From Curvularia clavata (Eukaryota), in the NCBI GenBank assembly GCA_023920165.1, contig CP089274.1, positions 1,426,001 to 1,490,000 of the forward strand: a stretch of DNA of 64,000 bases, given 5' to 3'. A program made the position numbers and the translations under genes. Each line of letters opens with the position of its first letter. Positions within the stretch are counted from its first letter, which is position 1. Below the pieces are notes generated by a model. The model did not search any database. It was not told the DNA's origin and was given only the letters and a program-made list of their open reading frames with translations. Positions 38,347 through 51,470 of the stretch are shown here, in pieces.

Positions 38347-40901
38347 ATGCGGTCTACGATACTACTAGCTAGTACACTATGTAGCCTCTCTGCTGCGAAC
38401 CCTCACCCGTGGATGTATGGAGTGCCCGAGTATCCTGATTTGGATATAAACGAAGTCATGACACAGGCCGATGTCGACACAATCATGGCAGTGAACGAAA
38501 ACAACACAGCATCAGTTGATTCAACAGATACAGTAAGCTCCACAGTCTCCACATTAGCAACACCAGGACAAGAACCGTGTGCAGTCGTTAGCCAAGCCAT
38601 TGCTGGCATGCCCTCTGGAGCCCGGCCGATTGTTCCTGCACAGCTTGGACTACAATGTCTGGAGTCGGTTCCCCTCGATAAAGAAGGAAACACCAAATTG
38701 ATCGACGAACTCAAGCTCGTGGCGAAATGGCAGTCCAACATTGCATTCTTAAAGAACCCACCTCAGGCGTATACTGAGGAGCCTGTTGATATCATGGGTG
38801 AACTCGACAAAATGCAGAGCCAGATTGCGGCTGGTGGGTTCAAGTCCGAATACGAGTTTCAGCTTCAGATGATGAACTTGTTCAAGAGCGCGTACGATAA
38901 CCACTTTGCCTATCAGCCGGACATTTTGGCCTCGGTGATGCAGTTCCAAAGACCGCCTGGCTCGGAATTGGTGTCTATTTCTTCCGATGGAAAAGCACTG
39001 CCAGAAATATATTCCTACAGAGATGTTATGAAGGCAACCAACGGCTCATCTTTTACACCATCACCCATCAAGAAGATCAATGGCATCAGCGCTCAGGATT
39101 ACCTCGCTAACGTATCTCTTGCATCTGACTTTCATGATGCCGATACTCGGTGGAACGCATTGTTTCCCTCTCAAGCTCTGATCGCTTCCGGAACCTCCTT
39201 TCTCGGGTCCTTTCGTACCGGACAGTATCAAGGTCCCAACACTACCTTCGAGTTTGCGAATGGCACAACTTGGTCCCAGATGAATGTCGCCGTCGTCGTC
39301 GGAAACTTTACAGGCGTTGACAGTGGCGAAAAGTTCTTCGAACGGTTCTGCACTGGGCCCAAACCTGCTTCTCCAGCTCCAGCTCCAGCTCCAGCGCCAG
39401 CACCAGCCCCATTGTCTCCAGCGAACAACTCGAACCCCTCGACACCTGCAAACTCACCCAAGCCTTCGCATATTGGTTATCCCAAAGCTGAGCTGATAAA
39501 CGCAGACCTTGCTGTTGGAGGCTACTTTCTTGACGGCCCAGCATATCAGGTAAGCTCTGAGTCTCACACTACGTACTCTTCTAATACACACAGAATGTCG
39601 CTATCCTCAGTATCCCTTCTTATCAGGCCCAAAATCCCCAAAGTTTCCAGGACACTATGCGCAACTTCATCCGTATGTGTCAAAAGGCCGGGAAAACAAA
39701 AATGATTTTTGACCTCCGCGGCAATGGGGGAGGCAACGCAATCCTTGGCTACGATACGTTCAAGCAAGTCTATCCACAGGCAGTGGCCGAGCCCTACGGT
39801 GGAACGCGTTACCGCGCCAATGAGGCGTTGGATGCTGCTGGGAACACCACCTCAGACTTTCTGGCTCAGAAGACATACGCACAAACCAACAAAACAGCCT
39901 TCCGTGAAGCGTTTGACAACCAAACAAGTGAAAGCGACATCTTTGCCCTGTCAACGCCTTTCAACTACCAGCATATCCTGGATGTAAGCAACAAACGTAT
40001 GCCAAGCTGGAGGGCGCTATTTGGCCCAATGCAAGCTAACAACGACTTCTTCACCCCGGTCCTGCGCTACAACTTCAGTGACAACGTAAGCACATCGTAT
40101 GCGGGCTTCAGCATCATTGGCTACGGCGCCAACGCAAGCGAAACGAGTACTGCCCAGGCATTCAATGCTCAAGACATGGTTATGCTCCACGACGGCATGT
40201 GCTCCTCAACATGTGCCATTGTGCACGAACTGCTGAAGAATCAAGGCGGTGTCCGTACAATCGCCGTCGGAGGCAGACCGCAGCCGGGCCCAATGCAGGG
40301 TGTTGGCGGCACAAAGGGCGCTCAGGTATTCGCTTGGGATGATATCATTGTCCGTATGCAAGTGCTGTATCTCCTCGGCTCGCCCGAGCAGCAGAAGCAA
40401 TGGGACAACATGGACATTGGCAAGACGGCGTCGATAACGCAGCTCCTGAAGCGCTCCGCGTACAGCAGGGGTCAGGTTGCAGGTGGAGTCAATCTCAAAG
40501 ACAATCTCAGGATGAACGACAAGTCGGGTGTGCCATTGGAATTCATGTATGAAGCCGCGGATTGCAGAATGTGGTTTACAGCTAAGATGATTACGGATGT
40601 CACCGAAGTTTGGAAGGGTGTGGCAGACCGAATGTTCAGTGGGAATGGAACTGCTGGGTGTATCCAGGGCAGCACCATGAACCCAAGTAGTATCTCGGGA
40701 GGCGGACAGTTGATGGGTGGTGACGGGGCTATGACGGCCAAGGGGGCCAGTCAGTTCACTGGAAAGGAAGCGCAAGGAAGCACAATGGGCGAAACGGGAT
40801 CCCAATCACCGAGCTTTCCTGGTAGTGCAATCAGAATAGGAACGCAGGCTGGGGTCTGGAGCGTCGCGGCGGCTGCGTTGGTTGCTGGTGCTCTTGTGTA
40901 A
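38347..40901 (+). CDS. Secreted, probably GPI-anchored, peptidase S41-family protein
   Basis: Signal peptide, AYDNHF, IFDLRGNGGG, DGMCSSTC, GGRPQPGPMQGVGGTKGAQ and YEAADCR, ending in a hydrophobic tail; intron 39550-39593; (PA)n linker ~39372-39408. Confidence 0.85.
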
Positions 40902-41272
40902 TTGAACCGTATTGCTTGGTCAAAGCAAGTGTATTTACAGAGAATTTTTCCATCTACATAGCAAAGACCACACATTTTGTCAATATGCAGACAAGGACGG
41001 TTTGGTGAACGGTAGAATTTTGAATGATATTTCATACACGGGCGTCTTGCTAAGACATGCCGCATCGTCTGCGCGTTTCCTTCTATAGACTGCTTGCTGG
41101 GATGACGGTGTACTTTTGGGGTATATAGTAAGTCATCTCAAACCATTCCTGCATAGCTGTCCCAATGACTGGCATGCCGCTGTTGCATGCAGATGCAGTT
41201 TTGGTGTCCGCCTCTAACGCCGACCGTGCCATCCGTAGTCTCATGTCGTCATGTTCACTATCATATCGCTAC

Positions 41273-42255
41273 TTATGCTGGCTGCTCATACGCCCTCTTG
41301 ATAACCCTTGCAAATTCTAAGAGTATGTTAGGATAGACCTCGCCAAAGTTTCATAGAGGTGAACTTACGATCAAACTTGACATTCTCGCGAACGACAGTG
41401 CCCTTAGCCTCATTGTCCTTGTTGATGGGCACCTTGATCTTGTCACCATCAACGTTCCATCCGCACACGCTGCCAACAAAGTGGTCGAACTGGCTACCCG
41501 AGAGGTTCAACCACGACTCGAGAATGCTGCGGTCGACCTCCCGTACTGCCTGGCTGACAGTTGCGGCGATGCGGACGCGCATCAGCTCCTCAAAGCCTGA
41601 AACGTCGGCAACCAAGTCGGCGTAAAGGTCGTCAGAGTCGAGCGTTGACCAGAAGGCAGCGTAGTCAGCGCCTTCGAGCAGATTTCTCAGCTCGTTGAGC
41701 TTCTGGACAGCTTCCGAGAGAGGCGCATCTCCAGCTGCGGGGTTATGTGATGAGGAGGAGAGAGGAGCTAGGACATGTGGGGGGAGGAGCGAGAGGCCCA
41801 GGGAGAAGTCGGGGCTCGGGAAGACGGTGAGAGCCTTGACGAGGATGTTGGTGATGGTCTCATCGCGAGCAAGGTGGGGGTTGAACTGGTAGCTAGAGCA
41901 TTGATTAGCAGCAGGTAACGGTGATGGTGGCATATAACAACGATGGAGAAGAAAGCTGTCAGATAGAGCTAATAATAAACTTCAGTGGGCAGAGTGATTC
42001 AGGCTCCGACACCTCGGGTAATAGGAAACGTTGTGGTTGTTTGTTCATCTTGTAGCATATGGGGAGAGGGAGAGAAGACACCTACAGCTTCAACAGGGCG
42101 AGGTTGGCGTAGCAGTCGTATGTCTGGTTCTCGCATTGCTGCATGACATAGTCCTGGAAGACGGCTGTGGTCTCTGGGTTGTAGCGATCCAGGCCATCGA
42201 GGATCTGCTGCATGTGCTCCGGCCGCTCAGGCGCGAAGTCGAAAGGGGCGCCCAT
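41273..42255 (-). CDS. EIF3K: Translation initiation factor eIF3 subunit K
   Basis: [55 protein letters not shown]; introns 41893-42085 and ~41317-41368. Confidence 0.95.
41955..42056 (-). ncRNA. Intronic box C/D snoRNA, SNORD44(U44)-like, predicted 18S Am guide
   Basis: Minus strand: C-like box AAGATGA (42051-42045), D box CTGA (41962-41959) and a short GCT/AGC terminal stem. The guide TATTAGCTCTA (41974-41964) is complementary to conserved 18S UAGAGCUAAUA. The host intron is 193 nt, against ~50 nt for most others. Confidence 0.75.
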
Positions 42256-42424
42256 GGTGGTTGGTGTGGATGAGCGACGAAGACGTCGTGTTGCGGGCTT
42301 GGTCAAATTCGCACAGTGCGAGGCACGGCGCACTGGCCACCCGGCAGCCCCGCGTCATCCTTCAAAAAAGTTAGACCCCGCCAACCATCTCTTCCAACAC
42401 GGACGGCACAAATATTGGCACAAG

Positions 42425-43792
42425 ATGGCGCCCTACGACAGCGATTCCTCCGATGGCGGCGAAGACTACACCGAGACGAATGTTCTCCTGGGATACGCGG
42501 CCACCGAGGCCACGAGCGACGCCATTTCCCATCTTGGAGGCACTCCGGTACGCATGGCATGTGCAACATGCGAAGTCTGTCACTAAGTCGTGAAATAGAG
42601 TTGGATCGATGACAAGACGGCCCCTTCGGGCGCCTTAGCAAAGTGCAAATCGTGCAATGGCCTTCTCAGTCTTTTGCTGGAGCTCAATGGCGACATGCCC
42701 GACACCTTCCCCGGCCACGAGCGACGGTTATACATTTGGACCTGTCGGCGCAAAGCATGCAGGAGGAAGGAGGGCAGTGTCAGGGGAATTCGAGGCGTGC
42801 GTATTGCAAAGGGCGCAAGCAGCCTCAAGACATCTGCCGCAAAAGTTGAGAAGAAAGAGGAGAAGCAAGAAGAGAAGCCACAGCCGCAGATAGGCGAGTC
42901 GCTTTTTGGGGTAAAGAACGGAGCAGGCGCATCGGCCTCTGCAAATCCCTTCTCAAATCCCTTCTCTTCCAAGCCAAACGGCGCTACCGCATCAAACCCC
43001 TTCTCTTCTCAAAAAGGAGGCGCGAACCCTTTTGGCGCCCCATCCCCGACACCAGTTGTGCAAGCGACTGCATCCGAGCAGAAGAAGGATGAGGCGTCTA
43101 CAACTCTTCCAGAAACCTTCGCTTCCAAAGCGCGCATCTCGTCACCACCCCCTTCTGAACAGCAACCTCCACGGCCACACGAGCCATGGCCGGCAGACTC
43201 GGCCTTCCCCACACCCTTCCCGCGCTTTTACCTAGATGCCGAGTATGAGACATTAGATGTACCATCAGCACCATCAATCCCAGCGAATGCCCGCATGGAG
43301 ATAGACAGCGAAGGCAACGGAAGCAGCGGAGGCGGTAAAGAGGACAAGGAAGTCTTCGAGTCATCCATGGATAGAACATTTCAAAAGTTCGCAGACCGCG
43401 TTGGCGAGAATGCGGAGCAAGTCTTGCGGTATGAATTCAAGGGCAAACCATTGCTGTACAGCGATAGCGACGCTATTGGGAAAGCCCTGGCACCTCACTC
43501 TGAAAACGGTTCATCCAATGCCAAGGTCACGACAACAGGATCAAAAGGGGGATCGGGCTTTCCTCGCTGTCAGACATGCGGTGCAGACAGGGTGTTTGAG
43601 GTCCAGCTAACACCACATGCTATCACAGAATTGGAAGCTGAAGAACTGAGCATCGATGGTATGGAATGGGGTACTATCATCATGGCTGTTTGCAGCAAGG
43701 ACTGCAAGCCAAACGACGTACCTGAAGGCGAAGTAGGATATGTAGAAGAATGGGTTGGGGTACAATGGGAGGAGGTTCCCGCAAAGAAGTAG
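42425..43792 (+). CDS. TSR4: Tsr4 / PDCD2-like 40S biogenesis factor (uS5 chaperone)
   Basis: VLLGYA..SHLGGTPSW, C..C..L.LLLELNG..HERRLYIW.C and the PDCD2_C motifs DRTFQKFADRVGENAEQVLRY, C..CG..RVFEVQL.P and MEWGTII; intron 42548-42598. Confidence 0.92.
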
Positions 43793-44544
43793 TACTAGAC
43801 AACACCTATTGTGCTACCTAGCCTGAAATCCCAAAAAGCATTACAAGGGTATCGTGGCTTGTTAAGTGGATGGTTCCTTATCGGACGTGCGTGAACATCG
43901 GTCTCCGCTCAGTCTTACTCCGTACAACCGGCATTTGCATTGAACCGAAATGATCGTCACCTCCCATATCGGAGACGATGATTTGCTCGTACACCCGACA
44001 ACTGATTTTCACAGCAACCTGCAATATCACATGAAAGAAGAAAAGCCGCATGCTTTCCAAGATACACGCGCGGAAAGCGCGGCCTCGATACTTGTTACAA
44101 TCGCCGCTAAGCGTTTCGCATCCTGCCCCCAATTCGCAATTCCCAGCTAAAACAATTTAGTCATCAACTGTCCGACGAAAGCCCTGCGTGCCATCGTTCC
44201 TGCATCCTTCTAACCGCTCACGGCAATGTAAACTTCATCAGCCAATCTACTGCCTAGCACCAACCAATTACAGTCAAGATGCAAGAGCTATACGACGCCC
44301 GAGGATTCCGATCCAGGGCTACGGCGTGATTGTCATGCAGTCTCTTACTTCTGAATTCGCCCGACCGTTGAGTTTACACGTGTTGCTCTCTGCGCTGGTG
44401 CCAACGGCGCTTGGTGTATTCGGTATGTCCCGGTCAAGGGCCTGGTAGGTACATGTATATATGTACCATGGCACATCTACAACCAGGTTGCCTAATTCTC
44501 GCCCGTTCTGCTCCTCCCTTGAGCCCGACCACCTCAATTTGCGC

Positions 44545-45968
44545 ATGATGGCCGCCATAGACCCGGTAGTAGCGGCAGCGCCCCAAGCAACAAAACAGCC
44601 GCACATATCCACCCAGCCATTGACTCTTCGGAACTGGTACAAGAAGATCAATTGGCTAAACACGACGCTGGTCGTCTTGATTCCTGCTTACGGGCTGTAC
44701 CTTGCGCGTTCCACACCCCTCACCCGTCCAACACTACTATGGAGCATTCTCTACTATGCCATGACTGCTTTTGGTATTACAGGCGGCTATCATAGGCTGT
44801 GGAGTCATCGGTGTTATTCTGCACGCCTTCCTCTGCGCCTCTTTCTAGCATTCACTGGAGCCGGTGCCATCCAGGGAAGCATACGGTGGTGGAGCGCCAA
44901 TCATCGCGCTCACCATCGTTGGACTGACACGATGAAAGATCCGTATTCAGTGATGCGAGGTCTACTGTTCTCGCACATTGGATGGATGGTTATGAACACC
45001 GACCCCAAAGTGAAAGGCCGAACAGATATCTCTGATTTGGATAATGATCCTGTGGTCGTTCTCCAACATAAGCACTACGGCAAGGTTCTTATCTTCACTG
45101 CTTGGATCTTCCCTGCCCTGGTCGCTGGTATGGGATGGGGAGATTGGTGGGGAGGTTTTGTTTATGCAGGCATAATCCGGGCGTGCTTCGTTCAGCAAGC
45201 CACATTCTGTGTCAACTCGTTGGCACACTGGATTGGCGAACAACCGTTCGATGACCGAAGAAGCCCCAGAGATCATCTGTTCACGGCTCTCGTTACGATG
45301 GGAGAAGGTTATCACAACTTCCACCACGAGTTTCCTAGCGATTACCGTAAGTATTCCTGTCGAGAAAAGCCATGACTTTAAGCTGATGACCAAAAGGCAA
45401 CGCCATTCAATGGTATCAGTACGATCCCACGAAATGGTTGATTTGGGCAATGTCAAGGATACCATTTTTCCCATTGGCCTACGATCTCAAGACCTTCCGT
45501 TCAAACGAAATCGAGAAAGGCCGTCTTCAGCAACAGCAAAAAGCTGTAGATAAGAGACGTGCACAACTTGACTGGGGAACCCCGCTATCCCAACTGCCAG
45601 TTCTCTCCTGGGAAGATTTCCAGTCGCAAGCCTCTGCCAATGGCGCCGCCTTGGTATCCATTGCAGGCGTTATCCATGACGTTTCACCTTTCATTGCTGA
45701 TCATCCTGGCGGCAAAACACTAATAAAGTCTGCGATTGGAAAAGACGCAACCGCAGTCTTCAACGGGGGTGTATATGAACACTCTAATGCGGCACACAAC
45801 CTGCTTTCGACAATGAGAGTAGGCATTCTCCGCGGAGGCCAAGAAGTCGAGGTCTGGAAAACAAGTGCTGAGAGAGCGGCAAAAGATATCAAGGGTACGG
45901 ATATAGTAAGAGCTGGTGAGCAGGCTACCAGGGTGGCGGCGCCGGCTACAGTAGCTGTTGCTGCTTGA
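44545..45968 (+). CDS. OLE1: Acyl-CoA delta-9 desaturase with fused cytochrome b5 (OLE1 family)
   Basis: His boxes HRLWSH, HRAHH and HNFHH; b5 HPGG and [14 protein letters not shown]; intron 45347-45396. May be a paralog. Confidence 0.93.
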
Positions 45969-46826
45969 TGAGTTTATGATGGTGTGTGAATGATTTTAGA
46001 GTGGTGTGAGAAAATGTGGTTGAAAAAGCGAGATCATCGTCGTTTACCTATATAGATATAGATGTGTAGTGTTTTGTTGCTATAATTTCAAAAGTTTACA
46101 CTTTTCGCACTTGTTCCGGAAGTTTGCCTTCTGCAAAATTAATCGAGTAACTTTATTGTAGTCGATATATTTGACAAGCTCTTTGAATCTTTCATTTCGG
46201 GAAGAGTGGTTCTAACCAAGTGGGTGTGTAACGCTCGTTTTCATATACTCAGATATTACAAATGCTATTTTTGACGAAAGTATTTGACACTAAGCAGGGG
46301 TTCAGGCAACTACAATTAAGCGTCCTACAGTTAACAGTAATGTCTATTGTTACGTAAGTGTTTCACATCGGATACCTTCATCGGAATCAGTACTTCATGT
46401 TGTTGGCTCCATATTATAATGAATAGCTTTTGATTTTGGCTTTCTGAATTTGCTATTTCTTTTGACATTGGAGGAAGTTGGAAATTGAAAAAGAAAGAAG
46501 AGAAAACAACGAAAACATGAAAGACTCTCCTGGACTATCCTTCGTACTGCTCAAATCCAAGGTCCTGCCGGTCTTGTCGTTTCCCCTGGACATCGACTAA
46601 AATGTGCTGAATTGCCGTATATACAGAATTTCAAGCAAGGGATAAATAGCATTCTGGGGGTATGACTGTGGGATGTGTAAGTAAGGCATGAAGTACCAAG
46701 AAATGCTGCTGCTTTTCAAGTGTATGCTGAGGATTTGTGAAAAAGCAAAGTGTAACTCAGGTGCTGACAGTGGCGATTGAAAGAAATCGGCTTTTTGAGT
46801 TGGAAGTCCAGACCGATTGTATTCGC

Positions 46827-47736
46827 TCACACCCTTTCCTCCTTATTCGCAGCTTTTTGAGCATACTTGAGCCGAAGTGGATGATCTTTCAGAACTCGAA
46901 TCATCATGTATCCTAGAAAATCTGAGTTGAAGAAAGTCCATGAAGGCCAGTCATTCCAGTTGCCACACCAGACCATTAGATGGACGGTTACATCCGCTAA
47001 GATCTTCTCCAAGGGATCGCCGAATTCGATACTTTCGAAGGTAGCCAGCAGACATTCATTGTCAATATGTAGCTTACTGAATGCTGTTTCAACAGCCGCT
47101 TCCATGATTGTGTCGTAGAATTTTTCATCCTGGATGTCGGCCCCAAGTTGGAGAGTCCGGAGGACAGACGAAAACCAGGTTTTGCCTTCGTTATCTTGTT
47201 CTTTCAAACTTTGCGTATGAGTGATACAACCTTTGTAAAGCCACTCGTAATATTTCCCAAAATCTTTTGGGTTTATTTCGAGGAATTCCTTGCATTGACT
47301 TAGTCTGCGATCACTCCATTCGTGACGGCACAGCGGACAAGATACTGGGTGTCCAGCTGCTTGACGTTTTAGGTTTTCGATACAGTCAAAATGAAAGTTT
47401 TTCCCACAAAGTTTGCAGAATGTGAGCTCTTGAAGACCGCGCTCTAGATTCACGAGACAGATGGAGCAATCTCCTGCGATATCTTTTCTCTCAGGCTGAA
47501 GCTCTTGGCGGAAGAACAATGAATTGGCGCAAAGGAGATCTTCGTGTACGACGAACATTTTTGGATGAAGACCTATGAGAAGTCGCGCAATACTCCGACC
47601 ATGGCTTTTTTACAGTCAGTATCATCTGTCATTCTCAAATCGCAATAGAATGGGTTTATGCCTGGGGTCGTGCAGAGCCATATCCATTTAACAGCATGCG
47701 CTAATCTGGAACTTACTTGACGGGTACTGAATTCAT
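46827..47736 (-). CDS. BTB/POZ-like protein with an inserted RING finger (copy 1)
   Basis: ARLLIG..FVVHEDLLCANSLFF - CSIC..CKLCGKNFHFDC..CPLCR - INPKDFGKYYEWLYKG..LQLGADIQDEKFYDTIM; intron ~47605-47716. Confidence 0.75.
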
Positions 47737-48416
47737 GATGCGTACACAATGTCTCTGTGTCGTGATAAGGTAGAAGGTCTTGATCTCGGCTTTTGAGCAG
47801 CTGCTGTGAGTATCGTTGGCCTAGGTGTGAGTGGTGAGAAGAGTAACAAAGAAAAGAACGCAGGAGGTGATGCTTAAATAATTTGCTGGAGCTGCAACCA
47901 GGGCATCCTATATCTCCAGGTGAGAGACCCTATGATGTGCAGGTAATTCTTTTACCTCACGAGAAGAGGTCAAATAAAGCAGAAGTTATGAAGGTACTAG
48001 GCTCATTCCGCCTTCACCTGGGTATCACGCTGAGTGCAGATAATGCTGTAGAACAAGCATACAATTGCACGGACAGGGCTCAACAACACAGAAATAGCCA
48101 AGAAGACAATGGCGGTACAAGGGTGGTCGCTATGAGAATAGTAGACTTGTCAACGCTATACCGGAATGGATGTTGGCCTGATAGTGTCATAACAGAGCAG
48201 AGCAAACCGGCTGCGATTGGCGGCATGCTACAGACAGAGAATGAATAAATGTGGTAGAGAAAGATCCCATTAAGCTATTTGTCTAGCAGTGAGAGGAAGT
48301 TATCTCCAGCACAGAAAGACGAACCTAAGTGCTTTGTCACAGTTATCCTTTACTATGTTGACAGTGCAGGTGAGCTTGTTTGAATTTTGCGAGACATCTT
48401 CAAAGACTGATGCAAT

Positions 48417-49433
48417 TTAATCCCCATCGGTGTCCATCTCAGATTCTGACGCAGTGGATTCCCCATCTTCAGTCTCTGTCTGATATTCATACTCTCCTTC
48501 GGTATGTTTCTCCAGCAAATTCTTGTGCTTCACACTTTCCTTGGACCGAGCCGAAGCAGCAACACACAACTTGCGTACAAATTGAAAGGGCAACGCTTCA
48601 TTGCGGCCGCATTGGATGTGATCCAGGTAGTTGCCCATCAACCATACGTCGACTAGGAAATCTTCCATACAAGGTGGGCCATGCTTTCCAGCATACTTGA
48701 TACAGGCTGGGTCGAAACCTCCTTTGGCGCCCTTCTCGATAGCGGTAACACATTCAGCGATGATAGCTTTTTTGAAATTTTCGTCCTCGATTTTGACTGA
48801 AAACCTCCAGGTCCTGAGTAACTCAAGGTTGTAGCTACTTTCTTGGCGATTGAAGGCTTCGTCAATGTGCAGTTCTCCTGTGTATAGCCAATTCACGTAT
48901 GCATGTATTGCATATAGATCCAGGTTCCCAAGATCCAATGGCAAACCAATGTTCCTTGACCTGGTTTTCCAAGATTCGCGGCACAAAGGACATGTCGTTT
49001 CGCGTACAGTTAATCTCTTCCACTCGTCGATACAATGCTTATGAAAATTCTGTCCGCAACGGGCTTCACAAAATGTCAACACACTGGTCTTGGGGTCCAG
49101 CTTCTCTTTGCAAATCGCACAGTCGCCGTCGATGATCTTGCGGTTGTTCTGCAGACGCCGCTTGAAGTATTTGGAGTTGTTGCAGAATAGGTCTGCGTGA
49201 ACAGTGAAGTACTGATTACTGTATCGCGTGTGAAACGTGATGACATTTCGGCCTAGACTGTAAGAACTCAGTATAAGCGACGCGAAGCCTTCGAATGCCC
49301 TAGCTACCAAACAGGACTCAGCCTTTTAGTCACACCGCGCCGTTTGATGACACCCATTTTCGCAAGTAGTGATTGAGGCTATTGCGATGGCGTTAGTATA
49401 TCAATGTACGTTGCAAAGCGGACATACTAGCAT
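48417..49433 (-). CDS. BTB/POZ-like protein with an inserted RING finger (copy 2)
   Basis: FTVHADLFCNNSKYFK - CAIC..CEARCGQNFHKHC..CPLCR - LDLYAIHAYVNWLYTG..FSVKIEDENFKKAII. The 5' exons (ATG 49433 or 49357) are tentative. Confidence 0.75.
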
Positions 49434-49524
49434 GTATATGTAGGCTAGAAAGGGACATTGACAACAGCAATCGTGCGCTATTCCAAGTGAGATTGACGAT
49501 AAGTACTATGGTTGAAGGCTGACT

Positions 49525-49692
49525 CTTCCACCAGTAAAACCAGACATCGTAGCAAGCTGACGTACGCTCTCAACGAGAGAGGTAATCGATAAGCATCTGT
49601 GCGAACTACAGCTACCCTAAAGTAGTAATTGTACTTGAATCTAGCGTGGTTTGGTAGACCCCATTTTCCGCCTTTACCGGTTGTGGGGAAGG
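49525..49692. mobile_element. Degenerate MITE-like element, copy C
   Basis: CTTCCACCAGTAAAACCAGACAT ... CTGTGCGAACTACAGCTACCCTAAAGT ... CCATTTTCCGCCTTTACCGGTTGTGGGGAAG, collinear with copies A and B. Confidence 0.55.
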
Positions 49693-50273
49693 TTGACATT
49701 TGCTATGTAGAGTTATGGCAGCCTAGACTAAATGCTGCATTGGAGCCAATAATAGCTTTGCATTTTCTCCAGTCTAGGAGTTTCAACCAATTTCGAGCAA
49801 AAGTTGACCCACATACTTACAGAACGTGCGCCTGTACCCATACACCATAGCCGTCTTCGTAATAATATCTACCAATGGACGATGAGCGGCCCCATACATC
49901 CACAGAATAGCAAGCCTTAAGCCAATCACAGCCGCTGTCTACACCTCATAGCATTGTCACATGGACCAGAAATTCGAAAAGTGGCTAAGCTACAGCACGG
50001 CGTGTACCATTATTCATTAAGATTGATCGTGCCGCCGATGTCTCATTGACCAATGATGTTACGAGGGCGATGGACATGGTTTGATAAGTGAAATATTTCA
50101 TCAGGGTATCTTGCGGCTCCTACTTCACTGAACCAGCTAGCCAAGACTGGAACTTCCACGATTCCTTGAACCCTAAAGACCTTTTTGGCCATTGAACGCC
50201 ATACCAAGGTTTCGCTGGTATCAAAAATCACATCAGGTATCATGTTGAGGGAAAAGAAAAACCGGGGTGACGC

Positions 50274-51470
50274 TCAAACACCAATGTACCAAAGCTCGAC
50301 ACCCAGAACGCCAAACTTCTTGCCCTCGTCGCTGAGTGGCTCGTTGCCAAATGTTGGACATGTATCCGACACACCGTGTTCGAGATTGTCATCTAGCCAT
50401 AGGCCATAATGGCCGTCCCTGTGATAATATGAGTATGATTATGGCTGGTGCGTGATTGGATGGCTTACCCTGCACCAACGCTTAAATAGCTGTGCTCGCA
50501 GAAGATCATGAAATCGTTCACTCCGCTATAAGGAAATGCCTTGAATCGTATCCTCTCTGGTGTGCTCGCGCCACTCCTGTTTGTCTGAGGATTCTCTGGC
50601 AGGGCTAAATTGTCGCTCTTTGTTTTTGGAGATGATATGGTTGTCATTCGCACGGCGTTTGTGGTATCCTCGGAGGGTGGAGGTGGAAGGTTTAGTTGTA
50701 AGTCTGGAAGTCCGGCAAGAACGTGCGCGCGCCAGAGGAAGCATTCGCCGTTGCCGTAAAATGACGGAGAAGGATGAGGTGCCTCGGAGAGATAGGCTCC
50801 AAATAACTGTCATAAAATATCAGCACTGCTTTGTGACTATTGATGTCGGGGAACGTACTCCTCCATCACCATCTTTAACGACCAGCACGAAACCACCTCT
50901 CCGCCCCCGGTATTCACCAGCCTCTTTGTAAAGAGTCGCCAAGCTTACACCGTTCTGTTCTAGACTATATGCTAGGCTCCATTCGTCCACCAGTTGTAGC
51001 CTCGGTGGCAGAAGCAGCCTGATCTCTTCTGCCAGCGCTTTAGTCAAAAGCTTGCCCTTCTCGCGCATTCCAGTCCTCCATCCCTTCAGACTCAGTGGTG
51101 TCAACGGTGGTGGCTGAAACGGGCTCGCTGTGCGGTGTGCTGGCTGGAAGACTGAATTCATATCCGTGGAATTGGACGACACGATGCTTGCAAGGGATTG
51201 CGAGAGCGAAGAAGCGGTGGAGTGCAGCTGTGCCTGCAGGTTGCCTATGCTGTTGCGGTTGCTGCTGCTGCTATCCGACTTGGCTTTTGCCTCTGAAGTC
51301 GGACTCGATTCAGTGTTCAATCGTCGTAGTATGCCTGAGACGGCATATGAGACGGGATACGTGAAATACGAGGACGAGCGGTTGGGTGTGGCGCGTTCTG
51401 GTGGCGGCGATGTCTGCGAGGATGGGGAGCGAAAGGGTGGAGACGACGGGGCTTCGTGTGCGTGCGACAT
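50274..51470 (-). CDS. OXR1: Oxidation resistance protein Oxr1 (TLDc domain)
   Basis: LAEEIRLLLPPRLQL..W.LAYSLEQNGVSLATLY, HFYGNGECFLW, FKAFPYSGVNDFMIFCE..LSVGAG and YGLWLDD..CPTFGNEPLS; two introns. Confidence 0.93.

Noticed and set aside
45970..46560. AT-rich tract as a RIP-degraded transposon (also 55.4-56.1 kb)
   Set aside because: No repeats or transposase remnants are visible; it is consistent with convergent terminators.
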